Below, one piece after another: positions 63,075 to 64,000 of a stretch of 64,000 bases of DNA. The stretch is from an uncultured Clostridium sp. (GTDB taxonomy: Bacteria > Bacillota > Clostridia > Christensenellales > CAG-138). The position numbers and the translations under genes were made by a program. The first letter of the stretch is position 1. Each line of letters starts with the position of its first letter. Under the pieces are notes generated by a model. That model worked only from the letters and a program-made list of their open reading frames with translations, did not search any database and was not told the origin of the DNA. The stretch spans positions 43,345 to 107,344 of the forward strand of contig CAZARN010000006.1 in the NCBI GenBank assembly GCA_964487565.1. Direction: 5' to 3'.

Positions 63075-64000
63075 TTATTCGCAATCATGAGACATTTTTT
63101 CCGCAATATCATCGATAATTTTGAGCGAACGCCCCGCGATCGCGGCATAGCGCTCCTGCTTGTTGCGTATATGCTCACCGATGCCCTCGATTATACCGAA
63201 ATTTATGTTCATCGGCTGAAAATCGGCTCCGGCGTAGTGTGAAACATAGCATCCAAGCGCCCCCATCGCGGTCTTTGCCGTAAAATCGATTCTGTCAAGG
63301 CCCTTCAGCTGCCTTGCAAGGTCGATCCCGGCGATCATCCCTGACGCCGCGCTCTCGATATAGCCCTCAACGCCGGTCATCTGACCTGCAAAATACAGTT
63401 TCGGACGCGAAACCGTTTGGAATGAGCTGTCAAGCTTTCCGGGCGAATTTATGAATGTGTTCCTGTGCATCACGCCGTAACGCACATATTCCGCGTTTTC
63501 AAGTCCCGGAATTAAGCCGAAAACACGCTTTTGCTCCCCGAAAAGCAAATTAGTCTGGAATCCCACGATATTATAAAGCGTCCCGCAGGCATTGTCCCTG
63601 CGCAGCTGAACCACCGCATAAGGCCTTTTACCAGTGTGAGGGTCTGTCAGGCCTACAGGTTTGAGCGGCCCGTATGCAAGCGTTTGGGGGCCTCGTTTGG
63701 CCATAACCTCAACCGGCATACACCCTTCGAACACCTTAGGCGTTTCAAAATCGTGAAGCTGCGCGCTTTGAGCGCCCACGAGCGCGCTCACAAATGCGAA
63801 GTATTCATCCCTGTCCATCGGACAGTTGAGATAATCGCTGCCTCTGTCATAGCGCGAACCCTCGAACACCTTATCCATGTCTAGCGACTCCCGCGTGACA
63901 ACAGGCGCAACAGCATCGTAGAAATGGAGGCCTTCACCGAAAAAAGCCTCGATATCGGACAGAAGCGCTCCGTCGGTGAGCGGACCGGAAGCCACGATGC
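63075..64000 (-). CDS. trmFO: methylenetetrahydrofolate--tRNA-(uracil-5-)-methyltransferase TrmFO (N-terminus beyond window end)
   Basis: Collinear with the B. subtilis Gid/TrmFO C-terminal two-thirds (FYDAVAPVV, YLNCPM, FEGCMPVEVMAKRG, YNIVGFQTNL, YGVMHRNTFINSP, FAGQMTGVEGYIESAASG). The frame stays open to base 64000. Confidence 0.9.
   Translation of the reverse strand, partial: IVASGPLTDGALLSDIEAFFGEGLHFYDAVAPVVTRESLDMDKVFEGSRYDRGSDYLNCPMDRDEYFAFVSALVGAQSAQLHDFETPKVFEGCMPVEVMAKRGPQTLAYGPLKPVGLTDPHTGKRPYAVVQLRRDNACGTLYNIVGFQTNLLFGEQKRVFGLIPGLENAEYVRYGVMHRNTFINSPGKLDSSFQTVSRPKLYFAGQMTGVEGYIESAASGMIAGIDLARQLKGLDRIDFTAKTAMGALGCYVSHYAGADFQPMNINFGIIEGIGEHIRNKQERYAAIAGRSLKIIDDIAEKMSHDCE

Noticed and set aside
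1-64000. Window-wide look for CRISPR arrays, tRNA/rRNA genes, transposases, integrases, prophage genes or long repeats
   Set aside because: None seen. Every intergenic spacer is under 400 bp and has no regularly spaced repeats. No ORF has recombinase, transposase or phage structural signatures. The only repeats are the short ones listed as features.

Overview
This window reads like core chromosome of a spore-forming, moderately GC-rich Clostridia-class Firmicute. Supporting signs are spoIIID, a flippase-MazG-HU block, PdaB-like and SleB-like enzymes, GGAGG ribosome-binding sites and TTGACA-17-TAAAAT type promoters. I call 58 protein-coding genes, two of them cut by the window edges and most on the minus strand. 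I also call about a dozen rho-independent terminator hairpins and several promoters or operators. Gene content: nucleoside metabolism (tdk plus a deoxyribosyltransferase-like gene, a uridine-kinase-family protein, NUDIX, MazG, class II RNR); DNA, RNA and protein housekeeping (xth, recD2, comFC, dGTPase-dnaG-rpoD, rplM-rpsI, trmL, trmFO, hslVU, hpf, HU); amino-acid metabolism (ltaE, asd, argH); envelope functions (pgsA, PrsA-like, flippase); a FeoA-FeoB fusion; and two MATE pumps. One accessory-looking block lies at about 25.2-43.4 kb. It holds a LysR-associated S9 peptidase-OppABCDF-creatininase-M42 operon, a LysR/permease/M20D amidohydrolase unit and an SDR-MFS-GH2 unit. I found no rRNA, tRNA, CRISPR array, transposase, integrase, or gene set I can recognise as phage defence. 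I do not see a clear-cut new multi-gene system. The most unusual items are: (i) an EF-G paralogue with degenerate GTPase motifs (DAPGF, NQMD) but a conserved domain IV tip; (ii) a structured spacer of about 190 nt whose intrinsic terminator abuts the asd RBS; (iii) the peptide-uptake operon carrying three unrelated hydrolases; (iv) the FeoAB fusion with Cys-rich segments and a DtxR-like operator; (v) an orphan ACP-like gene with its own consensus promoter. All calls come from reading motifs by eye. No database search or folding program was run.
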